This document shows, in pieces, positions 1 to 12,904 of a DNA stretch of 64,000 nucleotides. The stretch is from Heterodontus francisci. Taxonomy: Eukaryota. Location of the stretch: the NCBI RefSeq assembly GCF_036365525.1, contig NC_090397.1, positions 33,795,679 to 33,859,678 of the forward strand, given 5' to 3'. Numbering within the stretch: position 1 is the stretch's first letter; the number at the start of each line of letters is the position of its first letter. The notes under the pieces were generated by a model. It had not been told where the DNA came from. It ran no database searches and saw only the letters and a program-made list of their open reading frames with translations. A program made the position numbers and the translations under genes.

Positions 1-238
1 AATTCATTCATAAATTCATAAAAATACTGCATAGGGTGAGTATTTCTCATCTGCAACCCCCCCCCCCCCACCCCCCCCCCCCCATCCTTCTGCATGATTA
101 TTGGTCCTACTTCCTGTTATAGACACATATACATGTACATTTAAATGAATAATTTGCTTCATGCAGTTTTTATAATTGTTATATGCTATTACGTTTTGAA
201 TTATGTTTGCTGCTTTACAGCATAATGGTTTCTTTTAG

Positions 239-435
239 CATGCAAATTATGCAATGCTGCTTGGTGTACAACAAAACCCAAAGAAGAAACCTGGAGATAA
301 CAACAACAAGGACAAATGTCTTGTGAATTTGAGTATGGTGCTTGCAGAGAACACTGAAAAATCTGTAGTCATTTTGCAGGACTTTGAGGAAGAAGTCGAT
401 GTTTTACATCATCTACTGCAATCCTAACCTGACAG
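239..435 (+). other. candidate host exon (unidentified)
   Basis: TTTCTTTTAG acceptor, then 62 open codons (HANYAMLLGVQQ...EEEVDVLHHLLQS*) and CAG|GTGATT. Non-repetitive looking; no family recognised. Confidence 0.25.
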
Positions 436-474
436 GTGATTGTTAGCTCTGCATTCACATTTCTGCGTACTAGC

Positions 475-1020
475 AACTTAGGAACAGGAGGAGGCCATTT
501 AGCCCCTCAAGCCTGTTCTGCCATTCAATGAGATGATGGCTGACCTGTGACCTAACTCCATGTACTTGCATGTGACCCATATCCCTTAACCTTTGGTTAA
601 CAAAAATCTATCGATCTTAGATTTAAAATCAACCACTGATCTCGCATTAATTGCCATTTGCAGAAGAGAGTTCCAAACTTCTACCACCCTTTGTGTGTAG
701 AAGTGTTTCCTAATTTCACTCCTGAAAGGTATGGCTCTAATATGTAGAGATTCCCAACCAGCAGAAATAATTTCTCTCTATCTACCCAATCTATTGCCCT
801 TAATATCTTGAAACTTGGATCAAATCAATTCTCTGAACCTTCTAGTTTCCAGGGAATACAACCCTAGTTTGTGTAATCTCTCCTCATAATTTAACCCTTG
901 TAGTCCATGTGTAAATTTACACTGCACTCCATCTAAGGGAAAGATTTCCTTGCTAAGCTATGGTGCCCAGAACTGAACACAGCACTCCAGATGAGGTCTA
1001 ACCAGGGCTTTGCATGCTGG
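475..1020 (-). mobile_element. CR1 LINE 3' fragment, decayed
   Basis: Begins with the reverse complement of a CR1 3' tail (ggaacaggaggaggccatt) and continues into C-terminal ORF2 remnants. Confidence 0.75.
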
Positions 1021-3219
1021 GGTAAAGTTTTGTTTGATGGCTCTACCTTCATTAGAGTTCCACTGGCAGAAGCAGCCTGTGAAGCTGTGTGAACAGGGTT
1101 CTTGATGGATGCAGAATGTTGAACTCTAGCTACAGCTACTTGTGTACTGATTAAAAACATGGATCTCTGGTGTAAATGCTAGCAACTCGCATTCTGTCTC
1201 TTCAGTCGTCATCTCAGAGGATTGACAGCCTGGCCATGTTTCTCTGATGTTGGAGAGGTGGACTATGGCAGCCAGTATACCACGCTCATCGGATTTACTG
1301 CTCTGCCTGCCTTGGACTGACTCCAGGAGAAAGAGATTGATTTTCTTTGCAGCCTGCCATGTAGGACAGCAACATTAATGGGTGGATATTTGCTTTGTAA
1401 AATACTGCAGCTGCTGATTGTGACAAAGAGGGTTGAGTTTTCTTGGGAATTGCAACTGTTCTGCCAGCTTTTGCAGCTTAGCAGAGACATTACATGGGAG
1501 CTCAGGATTTAAGCCCAAGAGATTGGTACCTAGGTAGTGAGTTTGTGAAAGGTGCACTAGAACAGGAGGGAAATGATGTGAAGACAGGGAGATTGATACA
1601 AAAATCTGTGACTGACGACTACAAATGAGGAAGAGCAAATAGGTGGCATGAAAGGAGACGAAATGAATAGAAGAATATGATATTTCCTGGAGTATACCTG
1701 TTCAAAGGGCGAAGAATTAGCATCCCACTGGGCCTGCTAGGAGGGGAGGGAGTGCAAAAGCACAGTGGAAATAAAAAGAAAACTGCTTTATCCCACAAGA
1801 AAAAAAGCTGAGCACCATTATCACTGTTGATTTTGACAGACTGGGTGATAGTTTAGATTGAGCAGTGACAGTGGGCTTTGTCCACATTGGAGACATGCTA
1901 TGGACTGCTGTCAAACAGAACACCAGCACCATTGATTAAAACTCTTAGAGAAATCAGCTTGGAACATGGTATTTCTGTGCCAGGAGTTAAGGTTCTAAAG
2001 GCCGTCTTGGTTCTATAGATTTTATTATCGGAAAGTGATATTGACAGACAACGCACATGATGATGCAAAAACTATGGGAGATCTCACGTTACAGTTGTTA
2101 TGTTTGGTCACAGGGTGATTTGCCCATCGGGTCTTCCCTAACTTTCTTACAATGGTCTCTCTTATTAAACTCAGCTAAAAGAGCAGTACATCATGTCCTT
2201 CATGATCTTCACTAACGGTTTTACAGCTAACATACATCAGTGCAGCATTTCAGAAAGTGAGCCTCATAACAGAACCTGTCCTTACAAGAACAGTGTTATG
2301 ACGGTGCTTCTATATCTTTTGTTCAGTATTTTTTTTGAGGGCTCACATATTTTAGAATTCTGGACATTGTTTTATTTGGGAAAACTGAAATTGATTGCAT
2401 AGATGCTGGACTTGGTGTGTTTTTTAAAAAAAAGGTCATTGGAAGGTTTTTTGGACTTGTTTTGTAAACAACCCTTACTGGAAATCACCTGCTACGATAA
2501 ACAGACAACATTTATTGGAAGTCACTTGTCTATAGATAAGTACCCAGTGAGGCTTTTTGACCTGAGGAGGATGTTTACAGAGATGTGACAGGTCAAGTTC
2601 TATAGGTGTCAGGAGGCTTGACTCTTGAGATATTGTTTTTGGTTTTGCTTTGGACAGAGTGTTGGGGTGTGAACTGTTTTGAAGGCAGTTGGAGAAAACC
2701 AGCCAAGAGAGCAGCCACCATCAGCTCATCCTCTTCCATCTCTTTGAGAACTTCCTGAGAATCAAGTGTAAGAAAGTGTATGTGGATCTTCAGACTCACA
2801 CAAATGGTGAATATTCTATACATCCAGTTGAAGAAAGGTGTAGTTTAGTTGGAATAACCCAATAAAGATTTTGTAGAGCTGATGAGAACATTCCTCACAC
2901 CATTCCCCCACCCCCCCCACCCAACATGAATATGAATCTCACTGATGGCTTCAACCTCCCATGGACTCACTGCTTGGTGTTTGCTGGCAGCCCTGACCTG
3001 ATTTCTGCTAGAAGATCTGACCAAGTCTGACCCTTGCTGAATCTGAAATGTATCAAGTATATAATAATCTGTTCCAACAAGCACAGCTGTCACTTTTGTG
3101 TCGTTGAATAAGAAGGACTAATTTCTACAAATATTATAACTTCCAATTTGAATATATTTATATAAGAGAAAAATTTTGATGATTTCCAGTTTCCTGGCCC
3201 CAACCACCTCCTCTTCACT

Positions 3220-4551
3220 ATGGATGTCCAATCTCTCTGCACCTCCATCCCCCACCAGGACGGTTTGAGGGCTCTCCGCTTCTTCCTTGAACAGAGGCCC
3301 AACCAGTCCCCATCCACCACCACCCTCCTCCACCTGGCTGAACCTGTTCTCACATTGAGCAACTTCTCCTTCAACTCCACTCACTTCCTTCAAGTAAAAG
3401 GTATGGGTACCAGCATGGGTCCTAGTTATGCCTGGGATATGTTGAGCATTTCTTGTTCCAATCCTACTCAGGCCCCCTCCCCCAACTCTTTTTCCAGTAC
3501 ATTGATGACTGTATCAGTGCCGTTTCCTGCTCCCACCCAACCACACTTTATCAACTTTGCTTCTAATTTCCACCCTTCTCTCACCTTTACATGGTCCATC
3601 TCTGACACTTGCCTTCCCTTCCTCAACATCTCTATCCCCATCTCTTGGGATAGGCTGTCTACTAATATCCATTATAAGTCAACCGACTCCCACAGGTACC
3701 TCGACTACACTTCTTCACACCCTGCCTCCTGTAAGGACTCCATTCCATTCTCCCAGTTTCTCCGTCTCCGACGCATCTGCTCTGATGATGCTACCTTCCA
3801 TGACAGTGCTTCTGATATGTCTTCCTTTTTCCTCAACCGAGGATTCCCCCCCACAGTGGTTGACAGGGCCCTCAACCGTGTCCAGTCTATTTCCCGCACC
3901 TCTACCCTTACCCCTTCCTCTCCATCCCAGAACCGCGACAGGGTTCCCCTTGTCCTCACTTTCCACCCCAACAGCCTCCATATTCAAAGGATCATCCTCC
4001 ACCATTTCCGCCACCTCCAGCATGATGCCATCTTCCCCTCCCTTCCCCTGCCAGCATTCCGAAGGGATCATTCCCTCTGTGACACCCTGGTCCACTCCTC
4101 CATTGCCCCCACCACCTCATCCCCTTCCCATGGCACCTTCCCCTGCAATTGCAGGAGGTGTAATACCTGCCCATTTACCTCCTCTCTCCTCACTATCCTA
4201 GGCCCCAAACACTCCTTTCAGGTGAAGCAGCGATTTACTTGTACCTCTATCAATGTAGTATACTGTATTCGCTGCTCACAGTGTGGTCTCCTCTACATTG
4301 GGGAGATCAAGCACAGACTGGGTGACCGCTTTGTGGAACACCTCTGCTCAGTCGGGAAGCAGGACCCTGAGCTTCTGGTTGCTTGCCATTTCAACACTCC
4401 CCCCTGCTCTCATGCTCACATCTCTGTCCTGGGATTGCTGCAGTGTTCCAGTGAACATCAACGCAAGCTCGAGGAACAGCATCTCATTTACCGATTAGGC
4501 ACACTACAGCCTGCCGGACTGAACATTGAGTTCAATAGTTTCAGAGCATGA
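3220..4551 (+). pseudogene. Penelope RT + GIY-YIG endonuclease, disrupted
   Basis: NVVYCIRCSQCGLLYIGE...RFVEH...GLN GIY-YIG motif and CNCRRCNTC linker. The catalytic YIDD (tacattgatgac, near 3498) lies in another frame, so the ORF is open only through compensating frameshifts. Confidence 0.88.
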
Positions 4552-4896
4552 CGGGCCTCCCATTTTACTTTTATTCTTAGTTATTTTTTTCTTTTTCCTT
4601 TTTTTATATATAGTTTTTGTGTTTATTTTATTTTATTTCATCTTAGTTTGTTCAGTTTGCTTACTGTTTTTTAAAAAATGTTTGCACTTGCGGCTGTTCA
4701 ATTGTCAGTCTGTTAACACCCTATCTGTACTAATGCTTTGTCTTTCAACACACAATTAACATATTGTTTGCCATTGCTCCATGACCTTCTGGTCAGCTAT
4801 TCTGTGACCTTGTCCTATCTACACCTTCTCCTTTGTTATCTCTTGCCCCACCCCCGCTTTAGTTGCTTATAACCTTTGACATTTCTAATATTTGCC

Positions 4897-4933
4897 AGTT
4901 CTGAAGAAGGGTCACTGACCCGAAATGTTAACT
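4897..4933 (+). ncRNA. minimal type I hammerhead ribozyme motif
   Basis: AGTT-CTGAAGA-A-GGGTC/ACT/GACCC-GAAA-TGTT-AACT in the Penelope 3' UTR. Confidence 0.7.
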
Positions 4934-5919
4934 CTGCTTCTCTCTCCACAGATACTGCCAGATCTGCTGAGTATTTCCAGCATTTCTTGTTTTTATTGAA
5001 TATATTTGTATTGGAAACAGTGATAATCACCAGATATAAAAACACCAGTAGATCTCCAGTGGCGTCTGGTACTTGCAGTGTTGTTTCTGATATTTACATC
5101 TGCAATTTAGATGTGGTTGCAGTTTGTCCATTGTTGCAATATATCCCATGACACAAGGTAAAAATATCACACAGCCCTACTGTTACTGAAAATTATAGCG
5201 CTTCGTAAATATATTTGTAATATTAGTAACCTGGTTCTTCCTTTACCAAAACCTTATATTCACAGCTATTTACAATATAAAGATTTGTTTGGTTCTGCCC
5301 ATTCATGATGAATTTGCAGTCTTTACTTAAGATGAATGAATTTTATTTATTTGCTTATGCTTCCCTGCACCACTCTAAACCTTTTTGTATTTTTCTCAGT
5401 TGCTTACATGACCATTACATATTTTGAAAAACCTCCTTTACTTCCTGATGGGTTTGTGGTTCTCGTTAAAGCTGATGTTGGTGTCACATTGCAAGTGAAA
5501 TTTTCCCCAACGTCCAGTATTCAAAGACTTTGTACAAGTGGCCATTCATCATGGTTCAGGGCTCATTGACCCATCATTGCCTCCTTTCAAGGCTGACATC
5601 ACACCTGAGTCCAAGGGATTAGCCTAGTGTATCTATGAACTGGATCCAGATCTTGGTTGACTCTGTTGTACTTCTGTGACCACAGTGCTATATAGTTTAA
5701 GTGTGACATTGTCTGGTTTTGTTTAACTATATACTTAAGCATATTGCTTTATTGATTGCCGCTCCAAAGTGATTTGATATGCTGGACATTGGGTATATGA
5801 AGGTTCCGAGATTTCTTTCAGCTTTGTCATTAGTAATTTTGACAACATTCATTGGAATACTTAGGTCAGCATTTTTTCTTCCCCCATGGAGTTATTTAAC
5901 ACTTGTCTATATTAAATTT

Positions 5920-6380
5920 AGTCGGCCATTTTCCCAAACAAATTAATCTTTTGTGCAATTTATTTAATGGTTCCTGAACTTCCTCATCAGAATCACCTGT
6001 TCCTCTTAGTTTACTTTCAGCTGCAAATCTGACCAATTTAACATTGAGTTTCTGAATTCGTCATTGAGGAAAGAGTAATGGTTTCAAATGATCCCTGGTG
6101 GACCTCACTCAGCACTTCCTCCTACCCCAATATAATTCCCCTAAAAAAAATACCTGGTCCATTCTACTCATTGTTCTTGTTCTTATCTAATCCTGAGATT
6201 TACACTGAGTTCCTCCTGCTTTGAGTTTAACTGATAATCTTTTGTCCGGATCTTTGCTAAATGCTCTTTAGGGGTTTAGGTATTCCAAACATTGGGTTTC
6301 CCACAGTACATCTTGGAGCCTGCTTTCTCAGAAAAGGTAAGGGGATTGGTCAGGCAGATTCTCCTGAATCTACATTGGCT
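5920..6380 (-). mobile_element. very old CR1-type RT remnant
   Basis: Degenerate reverse-complement motifs resembling KFADD and PQGS regions. Confidence 0.4.
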
Positions 6381-6894
6381 GATGTTTACTCAGGTATTAT
6401 TGTTCAAGTAATCCTCAAGTTTACTCCCGATCCATTCCATTATTCTACCCAATATTGAAGTAAGACTAAAATTAGTGTTGACTTGTTGCTACACTCTCGT
6501 GTCCTGTTGAGGACATATGAGAGATGATGTCCTAAAGATGTAAATAAAATTTAAAAAGTAAACTATTCACTGAATCAAATAAACTAATATAGAGATGATC
6601 AGTTAGCTACTCTTGATAGACCTCTCTGATGAACGCATCAAGCTAATACCGTGAAAGTCGTAGTGAGGTATTGGACTACCTAAAAAAAAAAAGCAAATAA
6701 ATTGAAAGCATCATTTTTATGGAAGTTGCTTATTTTGCTGGGGGTGTTTTAACCTGTCAAGGTGGATAGATTTCTGGGTGGTGTAAAGCACCTGCAGTTA
6801 TCGGATTGGGAAGCCAGTAGGAATCTGCCAACCTCCACCTTTAACCTGAGCACATTCTTCAGCACGCGGGAAGCCCCCATGGGACAGGCGGGCC

Positions 6895-6946
6895 TGCAAT
6901 TTAAATATGTTAATTGCTCATGCAATTTAAATATGTTAATTGCTCA
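6895..6946. repeat. perfect 26-bp tandem duplication
   Basis: TGCAATTTAAATATGTTAATTGCTCA x2. Confidence 0.9.
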
Positions 6947-7438
6947 TTAACTGCTGTTCTAACCCAGAATTCAGACTTGAACTCTGTGCTCATGGGTTTC
7001 CCAGGCTTCCTGGAATGTGCCAGGCAAAACAAGGTGAAAGGACAGCTGGGATTAACAGGGCTGAGAAATTGACAGACACGAAAGGGTTTAAATACTGAGA
7101 TCTCTCACCTACTTCCATGCCTAAGTAAAAGGCTTTTGCTCACAGGATTTATTCTGAGAGTGTGCTTTCACTCCTTTGGAGGTGATTTCCTATACCTTTG
7201 AGCTGGACTTCTCACCAGTCAGTCTTCATAGCAGCATGGGAGCTACTTGTGCAGCTCTATCTTGACCCTCAGATGACGAACAAGTGGAGCAGCAGCATCA
7301 ACAGCATCAGAAGCAGAGCAGCCTTTTCCTCAACCTCCTGTCACTCCACAGGACAGGGGGGATCAGGATAGAACTCCAGCTCGCAGGAGGTGATACCCCC
7401 ACCACACGGTATACAGGCAGAGGATAAGGTTCCTGGAC

Positions 7439-7800
7439 ATGACCGAGCACCAGTGCCTCAGGAGGCTCAGTGTTTTTCGTCAGGTCGTCACTGACATTTG
7501 CAGCTGCCGGGAAGAAGACCTGCTTCCAAGTGGACCAGGTGAGCCTGCATGCCAGAGCTCACCACAGCCCTCAGGTTATTTGTCTTCGGCTCCTTTCAAG
7601 GTTCTGTTGGTGATATTTGTACAATTTCACAATCTGTTGCCCGCAAATTCACCTCACAGGTAATCGATGCCATGTTTGCCAGGGACAGCACTTATGTGCA
7701 CTTTGCTACTGATGAGGCCAGTCAGAATGAGAGGGCGTCTGGATTTGCTGCAGTGGCTAGATTCCCACAGTTCCACGGAGTCATGTATTGCACACATGAG
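7439..7800 (+). pseudogene. Harbinger (HARBI1-like) transposase fragment
   Basis: MTEHQCLRRL...ALRLFVFGSFQGSVGDICTISQS...FPQFHGVMYCTH (compare GFP-V-G-IDCTH). Confidence 0.85.
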
Positions 7801-8094
7801 GAGGACGGGTCACTGAAGCTTTGCAATAAATTTTATGGCACATAAACATGAAACAGAAATGTGACAATTTAACACAGTATTAAACACCCAAGTGAATTAA
7901 CGAATTGGTCACACCGCAGATTAGGATTGCTGAGGGAGAAAGGGAATGGGTGACCAAAAGGCAGAGAAAGAGCAGGAAGGCAGCGCAGGTGTCCCCTGTG
8001 GTCATCTCCCTCCACAACAGGTATACCGTTTTGATATACTGTTGAGGGAGATGGCTCACCAGGGGAAGGCAGCAGTAGCCAGGTTCATGGCACC

Positions 8095-8640
8095 GTGGCT
8101 GGCTCTGCTGTTCAGAAGGGCGGCAAAAAGAGTGGAAGGGCTATAGTCATAGGGGATTCGATTGTAAGGGGAGTAGATAGGCAGTTCTGTGGTCGAAAAC
8201 GAGACTCCCGAATGGTATGTTGCCTCCCAGGTGCACGGGTCAGGGATATCTCAGATCGGCTGCAGAACATTCTGAAGGGGGAGGGTGAACAGCCAGTTGT
8301 TGTTGTGCACAAAGGCACCAATGATATAGGTAAAAAACGGGATGAGGTCCTACAAGCAGAATTTAGGGAGTTAGGAGCCAAGTTAAAAAGTAGGACCTCA
8401 GAGGTAGTAATCTCATGCTTGCTACCAGTGCCACGTGATAGAGTAGAAATGAAAGAATAGTCAGGATGAATGCATGGCTTAAGAGATGGTGCAGGAGGGA
8501 GGGGTTCAGATTTTTGGGACATTGGGACCGGTTCTGGGGGAGGTGAGACTATTACAAATTGGACGGTCTACACCTGGGCCGGACTGGAACCAATGTCCTT
8601 GGGGGTGCTTTTGCTAACGCTGTTGGGGAGGGTTTAAACT
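8095..8640 (+). pseudogene. CR1 ORF1 SGNH/GDSL esterase domain
   Basis: IVIGDSIVRG, CLPGARV, GTNDIG, and DGLHL in a shifted frame. Confidence 0.9.
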
Positions 8641-8641
8641 A

Positions 8642-11538
8642 ATGTGGCAGGGGGTTGGGAACCAAATGAGGAGGTCAGTGGACAGTAAGGAGGTAGTAAC
8701 TAAAGCCTGTAAGGAACGAGATAATGAGGTCAGCGTGACTAAGGGAAAGAGTAGGCAGGGAGCAGATGATGAAAGCAAAGGGACTGGTGGTCTGAGGTGC
8801 ATTTGTTTTAATGCAAAAAGTGTAGTAGGTAAGGCAGATGAACTTAGGGCTTGGATTAGTACCTGGGAGTATGATGTTATTGCTATTACTGAGACTTGGT
8901 TAAGGGAAGGGCATGATTGGCAACTAAATATTCCAGGATATCGATGCTTCAGGCGGGATAGAGAGGGAGGTAAAAGGGGTGGAGGAGTTGCATTACTGGT
9001 CAAAGAGGATATCACAGCTGTGCTGAAGGAAGGCACTATGGAGGACTCGAGCTGTGAGGCAACATGGGCAGAACTCAGAAATAGGAAGGGTGCGGTAACA
9101 ATGTTGGGGCTGTACTACAGGCCTCCCAACAGCGAGCGTGAGATAGAGGTACAAATATGTAAACAGATTATGGAAAGATGTAGGAGCAACAGGGTGGTGG
9201 TGATAGGAGATTTTAATTTTCCCAACATTGACTGGGATTCACTTAGTGTTAGAGGTCTAGATGGAGCAGAATTTGTAAGGAGCATCCAGGAGGGTTTTCT
9301 AGAGCAGTATGTAAATAGTCCAACTCAGGAAGGGGCCATACTGGACCTGGTGTTGGGGAATGAGCCCGGCCAGGTGGGTGAAGTTTCAGTCGGGGACTAC
9401 TTTGGGAATAGTGATCACAATTCCGTAAGTTTTAAAATACTCATGGACAAAGACGAGAGTGGTCCTAAAGGAAGAGTGCTAAATTGGGGGAAGGCCAACT
9501 ATACCAAAATTCGGCAGGAGCTGGGGAATGTAGATTGGGAGCAGCTGTTTGAAGGTAAATCCACATTTGATATGTGGAGGCTTTTAAAGAGAGGTTGATT
9601 AGCGTGCAGGAGAGACATGTTCCTGTGAAAATTAGGGATAGAAATGGCAAGATTAGGGAACCATGGATGACAGGTGAAATTGTGAGACTAGCGAAGAGGA
9701 AAAAGGAAGCATACATAAGATCTAGGCGGCTGAAGAAAGACGAAGCTTTGGAAGAATATCGGGAATGTAGGACCAACCTGAAACGAGGAATTAAGAGGGC
9801 AAAAAGGGGTCATGAAATATCTTTAGCAAACAGGGTTAAGGAAAATCCCAAAGCCTTTTATTCATACATAAGGAGCAAGAGGGTAACTAGAGAAAGGATT
9901 GGCCCACTCAAGGACAAAGGAGGAAAGTTATGCGTGGAGTCAGAGAAAATGGGTGAGATTCTAAACGAGTACTTTGCATCGGTATTCACCGAGGAGAGGG
10001 ACATGATGGATGTTGAGGTTAGGGACAGATGTTTGATTACTCTCGGTCAAGTCGGCATAAGGAGGGAGGAAGTGTTGGGTATTCTAAAAGGCATTAAGGT
10101 GGACAAGTCCCCAGGTCCGGATGGGATCTATCCCAGGTTACTGAGGGAAGCGAGAGAGGAAATAGCTGGGGCCTTATCAGATATCTTTGCAGCATCCTTA
10201 AACACGGGTGAGGTCCCGGAGGACTGCAGAATTGCTAATGTTGTCTCCTTGTTTAAGAAGGGTAGCAGGGATAATCCAGGTAATTATAGACCGGTGAGCC
10301 TGACGTCAGTGGTAGGGAAGCTGCTGGAGAAGATACTGAGGGATAGGATCTATTCCCATTTGGAAGAAAATGGGCTTATCAGTGATAGGCAACATGGTTT
10401 TGTGCAGGGAAGGTCATGTCTTACCAACTTAATAGAATTCTTTGAGGAAGTGACAAAGTTGATTGATGACTGAAGGGCTGTAGATGTCATATACATGGAC
10501 TTCAGTAAGGCGTTTGATAAGGTTCCTCATGGTAGGCTGATGGAGAAAGTGAAGTCGCATGGGGTCCAGGGTGTACTAGCTAGATGGATAAAGAACTGGC
10601 TGGGCAACAGGAGACAGAGAGTAGCAGTGGAAGGGAGTTTCTCAAAATGGAGACGTGTGACCAGTGGTGTTCCACAGGGATCCGTGCTGGGACCACTGTT
10701 GTTTGTGATATACATAAATGATTTGGAGGAAAGTATAGGTGGTCTGATTAGCAAGTTTGCAGACGACACTATGATTGGTGGAGTAGCAGATAGTGAAGGA
10801 GACTGTCAGAGAATACAGCAGAATATAGATAGATTGGAGAGTTGGGCAGAGAAATGGCAGATGGTGTTCAATCAGGGTCGATGCGAGGTGATGCATTGAT
10901 GTACAGAGAGATTTAGGTGTTCAGGTCCATTGTTCCCTGAAGGTGACAATGCAGGTAAATAGAGTGGTCAAGAAGGCATACGGCATGCTTTCCTTCATCG
11001 GACGGGGTATTGAGTACAAGAGTTGGCAGGTCATGTTACAGTTGCATAGGACTTTGGTTCGGCCACGTTTGGAATACTGCGTGCAGTTCTGGTCGCCACA
11101 TTACCAAAAGGATGTGGATGCTTTGGAGAGGGTGCAGAGGAGGTTCACCAGGATGTTGCCTGGTATGGAGGGCGCTAGCTATGAAGTGAAGTTGAGTAGA
11201 TTAGGATTATTTTCATTAGAAAGGCGAAGGTTGAGGGGGGACCTGATTGAGGTGTACAAAATCATGAGAGGATAGACAGGTTGGATAGCAAGAAGCTTTT
11301 TCCCAGAGTGGGGGATTCAAATACTAGGGGTCACGAGTTCAAAGTGAGAGGAGAAAGGTTTAGGGGGGACATGCGTGGAAAGTTCTTTACGCAGAGGGTG
11401 GTGGGTGCCTGGAACGCGTTGCCAGCGGAGGTGGTAGATGCGAACACGATGGCGTCTTTTAAGATGTATATAGACAGATACATGAATGGGCAGGAAGCAA
11501 AGAGATACAGACCCTTAGAAAATAGGCGACATGTTTAG
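8642..11538 (+). pseudogene. CR1 ORF2 (APE endonuclease + RT), several frameshifts and stops
   Basis: [46 protein letters not shown], spread over five ORF pieces. Confidence 0.95.
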
Positions 11539-11902
11539 GTAGAGGATCTGGATCGGCGCAGGCTTGGAGGGCCGAAGGGCCTGTTCCTGTGCTGTAATTT
11601 TCTTTGTTCTTTGTTCTTTGTTCTTTTGAATACCCTTGTGCAACTACAAATCCTTTGTTTTCCTTTTTCTAGTACTCCTACGTGTTGCAACTCCTGTGGT
11701 TTAAGCAGAGCTAGAGGCAGGCTGCTCGTATCCCTGCTCTGACTGCTCAAATGCTCTTCGCTGATGTTCTATGGATCTCGGAACCTGGGGCCCCACCACA
11801 CATACCTGGCCATTAGGACACGATGCAGGGTGCTGACTGAGGTGGAGGCAAAGGGTCAGAAGTAGAAGTGCTTTTAGCTGAGTCCACTTCCATGTCCCCG
11901 TT

Positions 11903-12903
11903 CTAGGGCCTCAACTATTTACGATCTATATTAATGACTTAGAGGAAGGGACAGAGTGTAGTATATCCAAATTTGCTGACGATACAAAAATAGGTGGGAA
12001 GTCATGTTGTAATGAGGACACAAAGAATCTGCAAAGGGATATAGATAGGTTAAGTGAGTGGGCAGATGGTGTTCCATGTGGGAAAGTGTGAGGTAATCCA
12101 CTTTGGTAGGAAGAATACAAAGGCAGATTATTATTTAGATGGATGAAAGACTACAAGATACTGCAGTACAGAGGGATCTGGGTGTTCTTGTGCATGAAAC
12201 ACAAAAGGTTAGCATGCAGGTGCAGCAAGTAATTAGGAAGGCAAATGGAATTTTGGCCTTTATTGCTAGGGGGTTAGAGTTTAAAAATAGGGAAGTCTTG
12301 TTACAACTGTACAGGGTGTTGGTGAGGCCACACCTGGAATACTGTGTACAGTTTTGGTCACCGTATTTAAAGAAGTATATACTAGCATTGGAGGCAGTTC
12401 AGAAAAGGTTCACTAGGCTTATTCCTGGGATGAAGGGATTGTCTTATCAAGAACAGCTGAACAGGTTAGGCCTTTATTCATTGGAGTTTAGAAGAATGAG
12501 AGGTGATCTTATAGAAATTAATGAGATTTTAAGGGAGCTTGACAGGGTAGATGTTGAGAAGATGTTTCCACTAGTGGGGGAATCTCGAACTAGGGGACAT
12601 AGTTACAGAATAAGGGGGCACACATTTAAAACTGAGATGCGAAGGAATTTCTTCTCTCAGAGGGTGGTGAATCTCTGGAATTCTCAGCCTCAGAGAGTTG
12701 TGGAGGGTAGATCACTAAATGTATTTAAGGAGAAGGTAGATAGATTTTTGAAATCTCGGGGAGTCGAGGGTTAGGCGGAGCAGGCCCGAAAGAAGAGTTG
12801 GGGCCGGGGACAGATCAGCCATGATCTGATTGAATGGCGGGGCAGGCTTGAGGGACTGAATGGCCTACTCCTGTTCCTATTTCTTATGTTTCTTTCTTAT
12901 GTT
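11903..12903 (+). mobile_element. CR1 3' fragment (different subfamily)
   Basis: FADDTK through LYRVLVRPHLEYCVQFWSP, ending in a TTCTTATG-type tail. Confidence 0.9.
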
Positions 12904-12904
12904 C

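Larger units (their letters stand above)
3175..4997 (+). mobile_element. Penelope-like retroelement, 5' truncated
   Basis: RT motifs (MDVQSLCTSIP, GMGTSMGPSYA), a GIY-YIG endonuclease, and a pyrimidine-rich 3' UTR with a hammerhead motif. Confidence 0.92.
7903..11627 (+). mobile_element. CR1 LINE, near full length, frameshifted
   Basis: ORF1 esterase, ORF2 APE and RT, and a (TTCTTTG)n tail. Confidence 0.95.

Noticed and set aside
56-83. Poly-C tracts
   Set aside because: Simple low-complexity sequence with no supporting context.
2090-3070. Possible solo LTR
   Set aside because: LTR-like composition, but termini and TSD could not be identified.
3220-4551. Apparently intact 443-aa Penelope ORF
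   Set aside because: It is 5' truncated and the catalytic YIDD is out of frame between compensating frameshifts.
5336-5569. Short ORF with an internal acceptor-like site
   Set aside because: No recognisable homology or donor site; consistent with chance.
8095-11538. Esterase + nuclease + RT cluster as a novel RT system
   Set aside because: This is the standard CR1 LINE architecture.
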